The notes beneath the pieces were generated by a model. It did no database searches, was not told the origin of the DNA, and saw only the letters and a list, made by a program, of their open reading frames with translations. The position numbers and the translations under genes are program-made. Below are positions 38,952 to 52,278 of a stretch of 64,000 nt of DNA, in pieces. The stretch covers positions 7,199-71,198 of the forward strand of contig CACNHX010000003.1 of the NCBI GenBank assembly GCA_902620425.1, written 5' to 3'. Numbering within the stretch: the first letter of the stretch is position 1; each line of letters opens with the position of its first letter. The stretch is from an uncultured Alphaproteobacteria bacterium (GTDB taxonomy: Bacteria; Pseudomonadota; Alphaproteobacteria; HIMB59; GCA-002718135).

Positions 38952-40257
38952 GAAAATATATAGTTATTTATTTTTACTTATACCTTTTTTCCTTATAACT
39001 GGTCCAGCTATACCTGACATTATTATAAGCACAGGTGGGATATTTGGGATTCTATATATTATTTTTTTAAATAAATATAAAAAAATTTTACAATTTAATA
39101 TTCTAAGGATTACAATTTTATTTTGGATAAGTTTAATATTTATTAGTTTTTTTGCATATAATAAAACTATTTCATTTCAAGATTCAATCATATTTATAAG
39201 ATTTTTATTAATCCCAATTTTTATTTATTTTATTTTTTTTAATAATAATAAAAATTTAGATTTGTTTTTATTATTTAATTTTATAATTGTCATATTTGTT
39301 TGCTTAGATACACTTTATCAATTTTTTAATTATAGTTCAGAGAATGGTTTTGGTGAAGATTTACTAGGATTTAAATCAAACTGGTATGGAAGGTTAACTG
39401 GCCCATTTGGTGACGAGTTAATTCCTGGTTCTTATGTGTCAAAATTTGGTCTTCTTGGATATGTATTTCTCATTTCAAAAAAAAGGTTTAGCTCTAATAT
39501 ATTTATGCAATCTAGTTATTTATCTTTGATCCTTTTAGTTACTTATGTATCTGGTGAAAGAATGGCTTTTGCTACTTTTTCTTTAGCATTGGCCTTTTTA
39601 TTTATATTCCTAAATGTAAACAGAAAATCAATTTTAATATCAATTATTTTTGGAATTATATTGATATTTTCAGTTGTAAAACTACACCCATTTTATAACG
39701 ACTTTAAAGTAATTGAATCTACAGAACATCATCAAGGTCTGAAGATTGAAAAAAATTTTAAGTGTAAAGAAAATAAACAAGAAAAATGTACAAAGATTAT
39801 AGAAGTGCAACCAAACTTCATAGAGGTAATTAAAAACTTTAATACATCTGCCTATGGTGAAATTTATTTATTATCCATAAAAATGTTTACTGATAACCCA
39901 ATTACCGGGATTGGTATCAATAATTATAAATACCTATGTAACTTAAAAAATTCTTATAAAAATTTAATGATTAACTATAACTGTGCCTCTCATCCTCATA
40001 ATATATATATTCAATGGTTAACTGAAGGTGGGTTAATTACCTTTTTGTTTTTTATTTTATATTTATATTATTTGATAAAGTTTATAATTTTTAATAATGG
40101 TGAAAGAAAATATAAAGTAATTTCATTAGCAATTATTTTAATTATGTTTTGGCCAGTAATGTCTACCGGAAGTTTAATTAAAAATTGGTATGGAATCTCA
40201 ACCTTTTTTATTATAGGAATTTGTATGATTTTGAGTAATTTTAGAAAATATAATTAA
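38935..40257 (+). CDS. O-antigen ligase (WaaL/Wzy_C) family membrane protein
   Basis: Multiple TM helices; DTLYQF, RLTGPFGDELIPG, SGERMA, GIGINNY, HPHNIYIQWLTEGG. Confidence 0.85.
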   Translation: MIHQTEKIYSYLFLLIPFFLITGPAIPDIIISTGGIFGILYIIFLNKYKKILQFNILRITILFWISLIFISFFAYNKTISFQDSIIFIRFLLIPIFIYFIFFNNNKNLDLFLLFNFIIVIFVCLDTLYQFFNYSSENGFGEDLLGFKSNWYGRLTGPFGDELIPGSYVSKFGLLGYVFLISKKRFSSNIFMQSSYLSLILLVTYVSGERMAFATFSLALAFLFIFLNVNRKSILISIIFGIILIFSVVKLHPFYNDFKVIESTEHHQGLKIEKNFKCKENKQEKCTKIIEVQPNFIEVIKNFNTSAYGEIYLLSIKMFTDNPITGIGINNYKYLCNLKNSYKNLMINYNCASHPHNIYIQWLTEGGLITFLFFILYLYYLIKFIIFNNGERKYKVISLAIILIMFWPVMSTGSLIKNWYGISTFFIIGICMILSNFRKYN

Positions 40258-41272
40258 ATTTTGAATGTAAAAAATATTTTTTGATATTTCTTGCAACAAA
40301 TAAACCAAAAATAAAAAATATTAAGACCGCAAGTGATGTCCCATTTCCTTTACCAAATAAAGATCCGATAAATATAAAGAAAAAAATAATAGTAGAAGAT
40401 AGTATCTTAAAATGTATTCCAATTACAGATCCAATTATAAAAAAAATAATTATAAAAAGTGTATTACCGAGACCCATTCCAAAGTGAGAACCAACAAAAG
40501 ACATATATATTGCAGAATATGCAATGGAAAGATTTGTAGATCCTGAATTATCAAAAAATCTTGCCTTAATAAGATAATAAAATGATTTAATACCATCTAT
40601 CCAAGTAATTTTTTTTCCTTGAGCTTTGGATCGAAAAAAATATGAAACTCCAAATTCGTAAATAAAAAAATTATTTCTGACTATTTGCGATGCCAAATCA
40701 ATTTCAATTCCAAAATCATTAACTGTTAAATTGATCTTATTAACAACAGTTCTATGCATAACTTTAAGACCGCAATGAACATCACTTAATGACTGAGAGA
40801 AAAAAATATTAAAAATTAATGAATTAATTTTTCCAATTAAATTATTAAAAAAATAATTATTTTTTTTTAATTTACCTGAAAGATATCTACTTCCAAAAAT
40901 ACATTTTATTTCCTTGTTTTTAGTGATCATTTCATACATTTCTTTAGCATCTTTAGTATCTAATTCTAAATCAGCATCTTGCAATAAAACATAATCTCCA
41001 GTAGAATTTTTAATTCCTGTTTGAATTGCTTTTCCTTTTCCAGAATTAATATCTAATTTAATGATCTTAAATGTAAATCCATATTCATTATTTTGTTTAA
41101 TTTTTTCTAGTCTTTCTAAGGAACCATCTGTTGAACCATCATCAACAAAAATTACTTCAGTTGTGGAATCATTAAAATATAAAACAAGCTGATCGTAAAG
41201 TTTATTAATAAAGTTCAATTCATTAAAAACTGGAATAATTATTGATAATTTTTTTTTATTCTCTTGGGGCAT
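40241..41272 (-). CDS. Glycosyltransferase family 2 (DPM1/ArnC-like) with C-terminal membrane extension
   Basis: SIIIPVFNE, VDDGSTDGS, NSGKGKAI, QDADLE, GSRY, DVHCGLK, FGIEID. Confidence 0.9.
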   Translation of the reverse strand: MPQENKKKLSIIIPVFNELNFINKLYDQLVLYFNDSTTEVIFVDDGSTDGSLERLEKIKQNNEYGFTFKIIKLDINSGKGKAIQTGIKNSTGDYVLLQDADLELDTKDAKEMYEMITKNKEIKCIFGSRYLSGKLKKNNYFFNNLIGKINSLIFNIFFSQSLSDVHCGLKVMHRTVVNKINLTVNDFGIEIDLASQIVRNNFFIYEFGVSYFFRSKAQGKKITWIDGIKSFYYLIKARFFDNSGSTNLSIAYSAIYMSFVGSHFGMGLGNTLFIIIFFIIGSVIGIHFKILSSTIIFFFIFIGSLFGKGNGTSLAVLIFFIFGLFVARNIKKYFLHSKFNYIF

Positions 41273-41783
41273 GTTTATTCAGAATTCTTTGTAATGTACG
41301 TCTGTGCATTCTAAGCCTTCTTGCAGTTTCTGATACATTTCTATTACACTGTATAAACACTCTTTGAATATGTTCCCATCTAATTCTGTCAGCTGTCATA
41401 GGATTTTCAGGAGGTGGCGGCAGAATCTCCTTTGAATTTGTTAAAGCATCATAAATTTGATCTATTTCAGCTGGTTTTGGCAAATAATCTATTGCTCCTG
41501 ATTTAATTGCAGCAACAGCAGTCGCAATATTTCCGTAGCCAGTGAGCAATAGTGATTTAGTATCAGGGCTAATTTTTTGCAATTCTTTAACTAGCTCTAA
41601 GCCGGAACCATCTTCCAATCTCATATCTACAACTGCATAGTCAAAATTTATTTCATTAACCTTTGTAATTGAGTCTTTAAATCCATGAGAAGATATTACT
41701 TCAAATCCTTTTTTTTCCATAGATCTTGTGAGTCTTTCTCTAAATGGAAGATCATCATCTACTATTAATAATTTCATACTCAT
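41256..41783 (-). CDS. regA: Redox response regulator RegA/PrrA/ActR
   Basis: VVDMRLEDGSG, LTGYGNIATAVAAIK, WEHIQRV, NVSETARRLRMHRRTLQRIL. Confidence 0.96.
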   Translation of the reverse strand: MSMKLLIVDDDLPFRERLTRSMEKKGFEVISSHGFKDSITKVNEINFDYAVVDMRLEDGSGLELVKELQKISPDTKSLLLTGYGNIATAVAAIKSGAIDYLPKPAEIDQIYDALTNSKEILPPPPENPMTADRIRWEHIQRVFIQCNRNVSETARRLRMHRRTLQRILNKHAPRE

Positions 41784-43009
41784 AAGTTTAAGATAGAGTT
41801 GTTAAAAGTAATTTCAACAACAGCTTTATTACTATCAGAATTATATAATTTAATATTTCCACCCATATTTTCAATAAGATTTTTTGATATAAATATACCA
41901 AGGCCCATTCCCTGATTATTTTTAGAAATATATGGTTCACCTAATTTATCTAATATATCTTTTGAGAATCCATTTCCATCATCAGAGATGATAATTTTCA
42001 TAAATGTTTTAGAGTAAATTAATTCAGCACTAACAATTTTAATTGAATAAGTTATAGCATTTTGGACTATATTTCCTAAAGCATACATGATCTCATCTTT
42101 AAATATAATTTCTGGTTCAAGTGTTTTCTTATCCATAATTAAGTTTAATTGTTTATTTTTATTAAATTTTTCAAAATTAATCTTTATCAAGTCTGTAATT
42201 TTTACTTTCTCTAAAAATTTGTCTTTTAATTTTAGTGGATTTTTTGAAAACTTTTGAAGTATTTCTCTACATCTTTCTGCTTGAGATTTTAATAAATTAA
42301 TATCTTTTACAATATTTTTATCATTAGTTAGTTTTTTTTCTTTTAATAAATCATTTAGTACTAAAAATATTGTATTCAAAGGAGTGCCTAATTCATGTGC
42401 TGCTGCCGCACTTAAAGAACCAACTTCTGTTATTTTTTTTTGATTGAGAATTTGAAGTTTTGATACTGATAAAGCGTTAGATATTTTTCTTGATGAACTT
42501 GCAAAAAGATAGGCATATATTGCAATGAAAATAACAGTGATTATGAGAGATGTAACTAATCCAAAACTATAAATATTTGGTAGATAAAATTCTGTACCTA
42601 AATCAAGTGCAATAAAATAAAAATTTAACAATATTATTATTATGATAGAAATAATAGAAAGTAATACTGTCATTAATGCTGGTAAATATGAGGCTGAGGT
42701 TATTACAGGAGCTAAAATAAGTATAGAAAAAGGATTAATTATTCCACCTGTTAAAAATAGTAAAAAACCTAATTGCAAAATATCAAAAAGTAAAAAAGAA
42801 AAAGCTTTAATGTTTGTTATAGATTTATTTTTTCTTTCTTCATAATATGAGTAAAAATTCACCAAGACAGAAAGCAAGATGATTATTAATGTTTCATATA
42901 AAGGAATGTTAATTTTAAGAATATAATAAACAAAAAAAACTGCAAAAAATTGACCAAATATTGCAATCCATCTTATTTTAATGAGATTCCCAAGAAGTAT
43001 TGTATTCAT
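41780..43009 (-). CDS. regB: Redox sensor histidine kinase RegB/PrrB/ActS
   Basis: IRWIAIFGQ, GGIINPFS, AAAAHELGTPL, DDGNGF, LGEPY, GMGLGIFI. Confidence 0.93.
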   Translation of the reverse strand: MNTILLGNLIKIRWIAIFGQFFAVFFVYYILKINIPLYETLIIILLSVLVNFYSYYEERKNKSITNIKAFSFLLFDILQLGFLLFLTGGIINPFSILILAPVITSASYLPALMTVLLSIISIIIIILLNFYFIALDLGTEFYLPNIYSFGLVTSLIITVIFIAIYAYLFASSSRKISNALSVSKLQILNQKKITEVGSLSAAAAHELGTPLNTIFLVLNDLLKEKKLTNDKNIVKDINLLKSQAERCREILQKFSKNPLKLKDKFLEKVKITDLIKINFEKFNKNKQLNLIMDKKTLEPEIIFKDEIMYALGNIVQNAITYSIKIVSAELIYSKTFMKIIISDDGNGFSKDILDKLGEPYISKNNQGMGLGIFISKNLIENMGGNIKLYNSDSNKAVVEITFNNSILNL

Positions 43010-43014
43010 TAAAA

Positions 43015-46559
<3,545 letters not shown>

Positions 46560-46562
46560 ATT

Positions 46563-47678
46563 TTAGACTCGCATTGGCATCAAAACATAAACTAGTTTAT
46601 CATTTGATTTTTCTTGAGCTGTTATAGGTGAAGTGTTATCATTTAAGTTAATACATATCTCTTCATCTTCTAAATTATTTACGATATCCATAATATACTT
46701 TGAATTGAAACCTATTTCAATTTCATCTCCAGAATAATTAATTTTTATATCTTCTGACGCAGTACTACTTTCATTGTTAATTGAATTTAAATTTAAAATA
46801 TTCTCAATTAATTTAAATTTAATCACAGGAGACTTATCATTTGCAATAGTACTAACTCTATCAACAGCAGCTAAAAGTTTTTCTCTACTTACATTTAAAA
46901 CATTGGTATTATTTTTTGGAATAACTCTTTTGTAATCTGGAAAACTACCATCTATTAATTTAGAAACAAATATAATTTTTCCTATAAAGAATACAATCTT
47001 GTTTGTACTGATTGATATTTCAATATCTATATCAATTTCTGATAATAATTTTGATAATTCATAAATTGTTTTCTTTGGTATGATAACACCTGGTATTTGT
47101 TCAATATTACTAGAAATATCATGACTAAATTTAGCTAACCGATGTCCATCAGTCCCAACTAAAGTAACTATATTTTTATTATCATCTTTATTTACACTAA
47201 AATACAAGCCATTTAAAAAATACCTTGTTTCTTCATTAGAAATTGCAAACTTAGTCTTGTCTATTAATTTAAATAATATTCTAGAATTTAATTTTATATT
47301 TATTCCAGTATTTTCATAATCTATAATAGGATAATCTTCTTTAGGTAAGCAATGCAATGAAAATCTTGATCCATCTGCTCTTAAAGTTAATAATTTTCCA
47401 TTGTTTGAAATTATCTCAATTTCACCATTATCATCAATCTTCCTTACTATATCGTATAAAATTTGAGAGTTTATTGTAGTAGATCCATCTTCAAAAATTT
47501 TGCAGCTAACTTTTTCTACAATTGAAATATCCATATCAGTTGAAGATAAGATTAGTTGATTATTTTTTGCTTCAATTGATATATTTGCTAAAATTGGAAG
47601 AGAATTTTTTTTATCAACTATACCTTGTAAGTGTGAAAGAGTTTTAAAAAAAAGTGAGCGTGATATTTTAAATTTCAT
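46563..47678 (-). CDS. dnaN: DNA polymerase III beta sliding clamp
   Basis: EETRYFLNG, GTDGHRL, IIPKK, SKLIDGSFPDY, IGFN, VLMPMRV. Confidence 0.98.
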   Translation of the reverse strand: MKFKISRSLFFKTLSHLQGIVDKKNSLPILANISIEAKNNQLILSSTDMDISIVEKVSCKIFEDGSTTINSQILYDIVRKIDDNGEIEIISNNGKLLTLRADGSRFSLHCLPKEDYPIIDYENTGINIKLNSRILFKLIDKTKFAISNEETRYFLNGLYFSVNKDDNKNIVTLVGTDGHRLAKFSHDISSNIEQIPGVIIPKKTIYELSKLLSEIDIDIEISISTNKIVFFIGKIIFVSKLIDGSFPDYKRVIPKNNTNVLNVSREKLLAAVDRVSTIANDKSPVIKFKLIENILNLNSINNESSTASEDIKINYSGDEIEIGFNSKYIMDIVNNLEDEEICINLNDNTSPITAQEKSNDKLVYVLMPMRV

Positions 47679-47701
47679 ACTTAAACATATGATAAAAAGA
47701 A

Positions 47702-49096
47702 TTAAGAATCTATAAGTCTTTTTAGTAATTCTAAATCTTCATTAAAGTTTACATCACTTAGTTTAAGTTCCTCAATCTTTTTTACTGCATGCATAACAGT
47801 AGTATGATCTCTACCGCCAAATTTTCTACCAATCTCCGGTAAAGATCTTGAAGTTATGGATTTGGCTAAGTACATTGCTATTTGTCTAGGTCTAGCGACA
47901 GATCGCGATCTTCTAGGTGAATGCATGTCAGTAATTCTAATATTAAAATGTTCTGCAACTTTTTTTTGTATTTCTTCAATTGTAATTTTTTTATTTGATG
48001 ATTTTAATAAATCTTGAAGTACTAACTGTGCCGTTTCAACTGTTATAGGCGTTCCTACCAGTGTTGCGTGCGCAACTAATCTATTGAGTGCACCTTCCAT
48101 TTCTCTAACATTTGAAATAATTCTATGTGAAAGAAATTCTAAAACCTTTGGCGGAATTTCCACACCTCTTTTGTGAGCCTTTTCTATTAAAATACCGAGT
48201 CTTAATTCATAAGTTGTTGGATGGATATCTGCTACGAGGCCACAACCTAGTCGAGATTTTAATCTTTCTTGTACCCCATCTAGATCAGTTGGTGTTTTAT
48301 CAGCTGAAATTACTATTTGTTTATTTTGTTCTATTAGAGCATTAAATGTGTGAAAAAATTCTTCTTGAGTATTATCTTTACCACTTATAAATTGAACGTC
48401 ATCGATCATAAGCACATCTATTGACCGAAACTGTTCTTTAAAAGCTGATGTATCTTTATATCTCAGAGCTCTTACAAATTGATACATAAATTTTTCAGCA
48501 GAAAGATAGATTACCTTTCTTTCTGGTTGTTGTTGTTTAATTTTCCATCCGATAGCATGCATAAGGTGAGTTTTACCTAACCCTACACCGCCACATAAAA
48601 ATAATGGATTAAATGTTATTTTATTTGCTTCTGATACTCTTTGAGAAGCTGCAAAAGCTAATTCATTTGGTTTCCCAACAACAAAATTTTCGAAAGTAAA
48701 TCTAGGATCTAACGGAGCACCAAATTCATTAGGATATGTTGAGGATTGATTAGACCTTAAGTCCATTGAAGATTTCCAGTGATTATCATTGCTTTTAATA
48801 GTTCTTGTTGTTCCAGGAACTATTCTTCCACCTGAGGGTTTAACAACAAATTTAATGGTATCAATTTTGTCAATAAAATTTTTTGCTTCACTTTTTATCT
48901 TGTCAGAATAATTATTAACTATCCAATCTCTTAAAAACTTTGTTGGTACGGAAAATGTTATGATAGTTTCTTCTACAGAAACATAGTTTAAATGTTTTAG
49001 CCAATTGTTGAAGGCGGAGTCACCAACATTTTTTTTTAGATTTTTTTTAAAGGATAGCCACTTACTGTCATCAAATATAGTAGATGTATTATCCAT
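47702..49096 (-). CDS. dnaA: Chromosomal replication initiator DnaA
   Basis: FTFENFVVG..N, GGVGLGKTHL, IDDVQF, RLKSR, FGGRDHTTVMHA. Confidence 0.99.
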   Translation of the reverse strand: MDNTSTIFDDSKWLSFKKNLKKNVGDSAFNNWLKHLNYVSVEETIITFSVPTKFLRDWIVNNYSDKIKSEAKNFIDKIDTIKFVVKPSGGRIVPGTTRTIKSNDNHWKSSMDLRSNQSSTYPNEFGAPLDPRFTFENFVVGKPNELAFAASQRVSEANKITFNPLFLCGGVGLGKTHLMHAIGWKIKQQQPERKVIYLSAEKFMYQFVRALRYKDTSAFKEQFRSIDVLMIDDVQFISGKDNTQEEFFHTFNALIEQNKQIVISADKTPTDLDGVQERLKSRLGCGLVADIHPTTYELRLGILIEKAHKRGVEIPPKVLEFLSHRIISNVREMEGALNRLVAHATLVGTPITVETAQLVLQDLLKSSNKKITIEEIQKKVAEHFNIRITDMHSPRRSRSVARPRQIAMYLAKSITSRSLPEIGRKFGGRDHTTVMHAVKKIEELKLSDVNFNEDLELLKRLIDS

Positions 49097-49240
49097 TTTC
49101 CCCCAACAAGACGATTTTATAGCTTAACAAATTTTACGCAAAAAATCTAAAGTCGCAAAATCAATCACCAAATTTATTTCTTAATCAACACCCTTTAAGT
49201 ATTTTTAGCAAGAAGAAAAGTGAAAAAAATTAAAAAAAAA

Positions 49241-49501
49241 TTATTTTTTTGAAATTTGTTTTGATAAAGAGGATAACTTTCTGGATATGTATTCTTTTTT
49301 AAAAATACCTTTTTTTGATGCTCTAGCCATTATTGAGTTGACATTGGTAAAGGATCTTTGGATTTCTTCCTCATTTTTTGCTTCAACTGACGATTTAAAT
49401 TTATTCAGAGCGTTTCTAAATTTAGATAGGTATTGAGAATTAACAGTATTTCTAGTTTTGTTCTGTCTAGACCTTTTTTTTGCAGAAGCATGATTAGCCA
49501 T
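49241..49501 (-). CDS. rpsT: 30S ribosomal protein S20
   Basis: MANHASAKKR.RQ...R...N, KKGIF, SRKLS. Confidence 0.96.
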   Translation of the reverse strand: MANHASAKKRSRQNKTRNTVNSQYLSKFRNALNKFKSSVEAKNEEEIQRSFTNVNSIMARASKKGIFKKEYISRKLSSLSKQISKK

Positions 49502-49507
49502 ATGCGT

Positions 49508-49535
49508 GCTATAAATTCAAAATAAATTAAGTCAA
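49508..49535 (-). promoter_or_regulatory. Putative rpsT promoter (TTGACT-N16-TATAGC) 6 nt before ATG, probably leaderless
   Basis: Motif read on the minus strand; no SD between the -10 and ATG. Confidence 0.4.
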
Positions 49536-49553
49536 TTAATATTTAATATAGAA

Positions 49554-50372
49554 TTACTTGTTATTTTGAAGTTTTGGACAATAAAAAGTAGATCTTCCGT
49601 ATTGAACTATCTTTTTAACCTCATCTCCACCTATTTTTTTTCCTTCTTTATTATAAACCTTAAAATTTGACTGAAAATTTCCTAATGTACCGTCAGTAGA
49701 CCTATAATCTCGTATACTCGATCCTCCATATTTAATTGCTTTCTTTAAAATTTTTCTAATGGACATAATTAGTTTCATAATGAGACTAATTTCTAAATCC
49801 TTACCCAAAGTAAGTGGTGAAATTTTAGAATCAAATAGAATTTCCGATGCATAAATATTACCTATACCAGCAATTAGTTTTTGATTCAGTAAAATCTGCT
49901 TTATTGGGACCTCAGATTTTGAAATTTTTTTAAATATCATTTGTGCTGTAAGATTTGGACTCAGTGCATCTACACCCAAACTAAATATATACTTTTGTTT
50001 TTGTAGATCTTTTGTTTTTATTATGTCTATAAATCCAAATTTCCTTGGATCATGATAAACAAGTATCATTCCACTTAAAAAGTAAATAACAAAATGATCA
50101 TGTTTTATTCGTTTGTAGCTTTTATTAACAGTTTTTAATCTTCCTGACATTCCTAGATGTATTACTAGAGAATAATCTGTATCTAAATCTATAATTATTA
50201 ACTTTGCTATACGTCTAAGGTTGGATATCTTGGAGTAACGTAGTATATTAATTATATTATTTGGAATTTTAAAACGAAGTTTTGAAGTATGAATTTTAAC
50301 ATTAGATATTTTTTGATTCAATATTACACTAAGTCCTTTAACTGTAGTTTCAACTTCAGGTAATTCTGGCAT
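49554..50372 (-). CDS. mutM: Formamidopyrimidine-DNA glycosylase (Fpg)
   Basis: MPELPEVE, HLGMSG, DPRKFG, LLNQK.IAGIGNIYASE, GRSTFYCP. Confidence 0.97.
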   Translation of the reverse strand: MPELPEVETTVKGLSVILNQKISNVKIHTSKLRFKIPNNIINILRYSKISNLRRIAKLIIIDLDTDYSLVIHLGMSGRLKTVNKSYKRIKHDHFVIYFLSGMILVYHDPRKFGFIDIIKTKDLQKQKYIFSLGVDALSPNLTAQMIFKKISKSEVPIKQILLNQKLIAGIGNIYASEILFDSKISPLTLGKDLEISLIMKLIMSIRKILKKAIKYGGSSIRDYRSTDGTLGNFQSNFKVYNKEGKKIGGDEVKKIVQYGRSTFYCPKLQNNK

Positions 50373-50373
50373 A

Positions 50374-51105
50374 ATGAAAAAAGATTATAATTTTGGTTAT
50401 ACAAAAGTAAATTCAAAACAAAAGACTAAACTTGTTCAGAATGTATTTTCAAGCGTAGCTCCAAGCTACGATATTATGAATGATTTAATGAGTTTAGGTA
50501 TGCATCGTTTATGGAAAAAAAGATTTGTAGAGACTGTGAATCTAAAAGAAAATGAAATTATCTTGGATGTTGGTTCTGGTTCTGGTGATATTGCCAGCGA
50601 AATTTTAAAAGAGAATTTATCAACCAGTCTTTATCTTTTAGATCTAAATGAAGAAATGTTATTAGAAGGAAGAAAAAGATTAAAAAAAGAAAAAAATATA
50701 AAATATTTTATTGGTAATGCTGAAAAGTTAAATTTTGAAAATAATTTTTTTGATAAATATACTATTTCTTTCTGCTTAAGAAATGTGACGGAGTATTTAT
50801 TATCTATAAAAGAGGCTTACAGAGTTCTTAAACCTGGTGGTAAATATTGTTGCTTAGAATTTAGTACACCTAAATCATCTTTGGTATCAAGTTCATATAA
50901 AATTTACAAATCAAAGATTTTACCTCTGTTAGGAGAAATAGTTGCTGAAGATAAGAATGCTTATAAATATTTGAGTGAAAGTATTGATTTGTTTCCATCA
51001 CAAGAAGAACTTAGCAAAAATCTACGTGATTGTGGATTTACTAAAGTTGAAACTATTAATCTATTTAATGGAATTGTAGCAATACATACTGGCTATAAAC
51101 TATAA
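50374..51105 (+). CDS. ubiE: Ubiquinone/menaquinone C-methyltransferase
   Basis: VFSSVAPSYDIMNDLMS.G.HRLWK, LDVGSGSGD, F.LRNVT, RVLKPGG, CLEFS. Confidence 0.96.
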   Translation: MKKDYNFGYTKVNSKQKTKLVQNVFSSVAPSYDIMNDLMSLGMHRLWKKRFVETVNLKENEIILDVGSGSGDIASEILKENLSTSLYLLDLNEEMLLEGRKRLKKEKNIKYFIGNAEKLNFENNFFDKYTISFCLRNVTEYLLSIKEAYRVLKPGGKYCCLEFSTPKSSLVSSSYKIYKSKILPLLGEIVAEDKNAYKYLSESIDLFPSQEELSKNLRDCGFTKVETINLFNGIVAIHTGYKL

Positions 51106-52274
51106 TGAATAAAATTTTATTAATAATAACTGGCTCTATTGCTGCATCTCGATGTAAAGAAATTATTGCTTTGTTAAATATTAATGAAGTTAAAATTAGC
51201 TGTATTCTAACTAAAGAGGCAAAGAAATATGTAAAAATATCAGATATAAAAAAATTACTTAAAAATAGAGTATTTACTGATGAAGATGAGAAAAAAAATA
51301 AGATGCTTCATATTAATTTATCAAGAGATAATGATATAATAGTTATGTGTCCAGCAACAGCTAATTCTATTGCAAAATTTGCTAATGGATATGGAGATAA
51401 TTTAGCTTCTAATACGTTGCTTGCTTCAAATAAAAAAATTTTGTTTGTCCCTGCAATGAATAGTTTTATGTGGCATAATAAAATTAATCAAAAAAATGTG
51501 AGATTATTAAAAGATAGCGGTCATGAGTTTATTGGCCCTTCAGTTGGAAATCTAAAGTGTGGAGAATTTGGTTTAGGCAGAATTGATAACTCAAAAAATA
51601 TAGTAAATAGAATTTTAAACAAACTAGAAAATGTTAATTTGTTAAAAAATAAAAAATGCCTAGTAACTGCAGGACCAACAATTGAAATGATTGATCCAGT
51701 TAGGTTTATTTCAAATCAATCTTCTGGGAAACAAGGCTATGAAATTGCTTCACAATTAGTTTTATATGGAGCGGATGTAACCTTGATATCTGGACCAACA
51801 AATTTAGATCCTCCACCAAATTTAAAATTTATTCAAATAAAATCAGCAAACGAAATGTATCAAAAAATTAGAAAAATTTCTAAAATTGATATAGGAATTT
51901 TTACTGCTGCAGTATCTGATTTCAAAAATAAAAATATAAATAAATCGAAGATTAAAAAAAATAAAAAATTAAATATTAGTCTTTATAAGAATATTGATAT
52001 TTTAGAAAAAATTGGAAAAAGCAGAACTCAGAGGCCTAAATTTTTAGTTGGTTTTGCTGCAGAAACGGAGAGCATTGATAATGCCAAAAAAAAATTAGTT
52101 GATAAAAAATGTGATATGATGGTTTACAATAAAATCGATAGTAAAAATAAAGTTTTTGGTTCAGATTATAATCGGATATCAATAATTACAAAAAACCAGA
52201 TAAAAAAATTTAAGAAAATGACAAAGGTAAATTGTGCAAAGCAAATTATAAAACAAATTTATAATTCTATATAG
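51105..52274 (+). CDS. coaBC: Phosphopantothenoylcysteine decarboxylase/ligase
   Basis: TGSIAA, PATAN.IAK, PAMN, CGEFG.GR, TAGPT.E.IDPVRFISNQSSGKQG, AAVSDF, GFAAET. Confidence 0.96.
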   Translation: MNKILLIITGSIAASRCKEIIALLNINEVKISCILTKEAKKYVKISDIKKLLKNRVFTDEDEKKNKMLHINLSRDNDIIVMCPATANSIAKFANGYGDNLASNTLLASNKKILFVPAMNSFMWHNKINQKNVRLLKDSGHEFIGPSVGNLKCGEFGLGRIDNSKNIVNRILNKLENVNLLKNKKCLVTAGPTIEMIDPVRFISNQSSGKQGYEIASQLVLYGADVTLISGPTNLDPPPNLKFIQIKSANEMYQKIRKISKIDIGIFTAAVSDFKNKNINKSKIKKNKKLNISLYKNIDILEKIGKSRTQRPKFLVGFAAETESIDNAKKKLVDKKCDMMVYNKIDSKNKVFGSDYNRISIITKNQIKKFKKMTKVNCAKQIIKQIYNSI

Positions 52275-52278
52275 AATT

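Noticed and set aside
49097-49240. Possible oriC between rpsT and dnaA
   Set aside because: No TTATCCACA-type DnaA box clusters seen; alphaproteobacterial origins are usually not next to dnaA.
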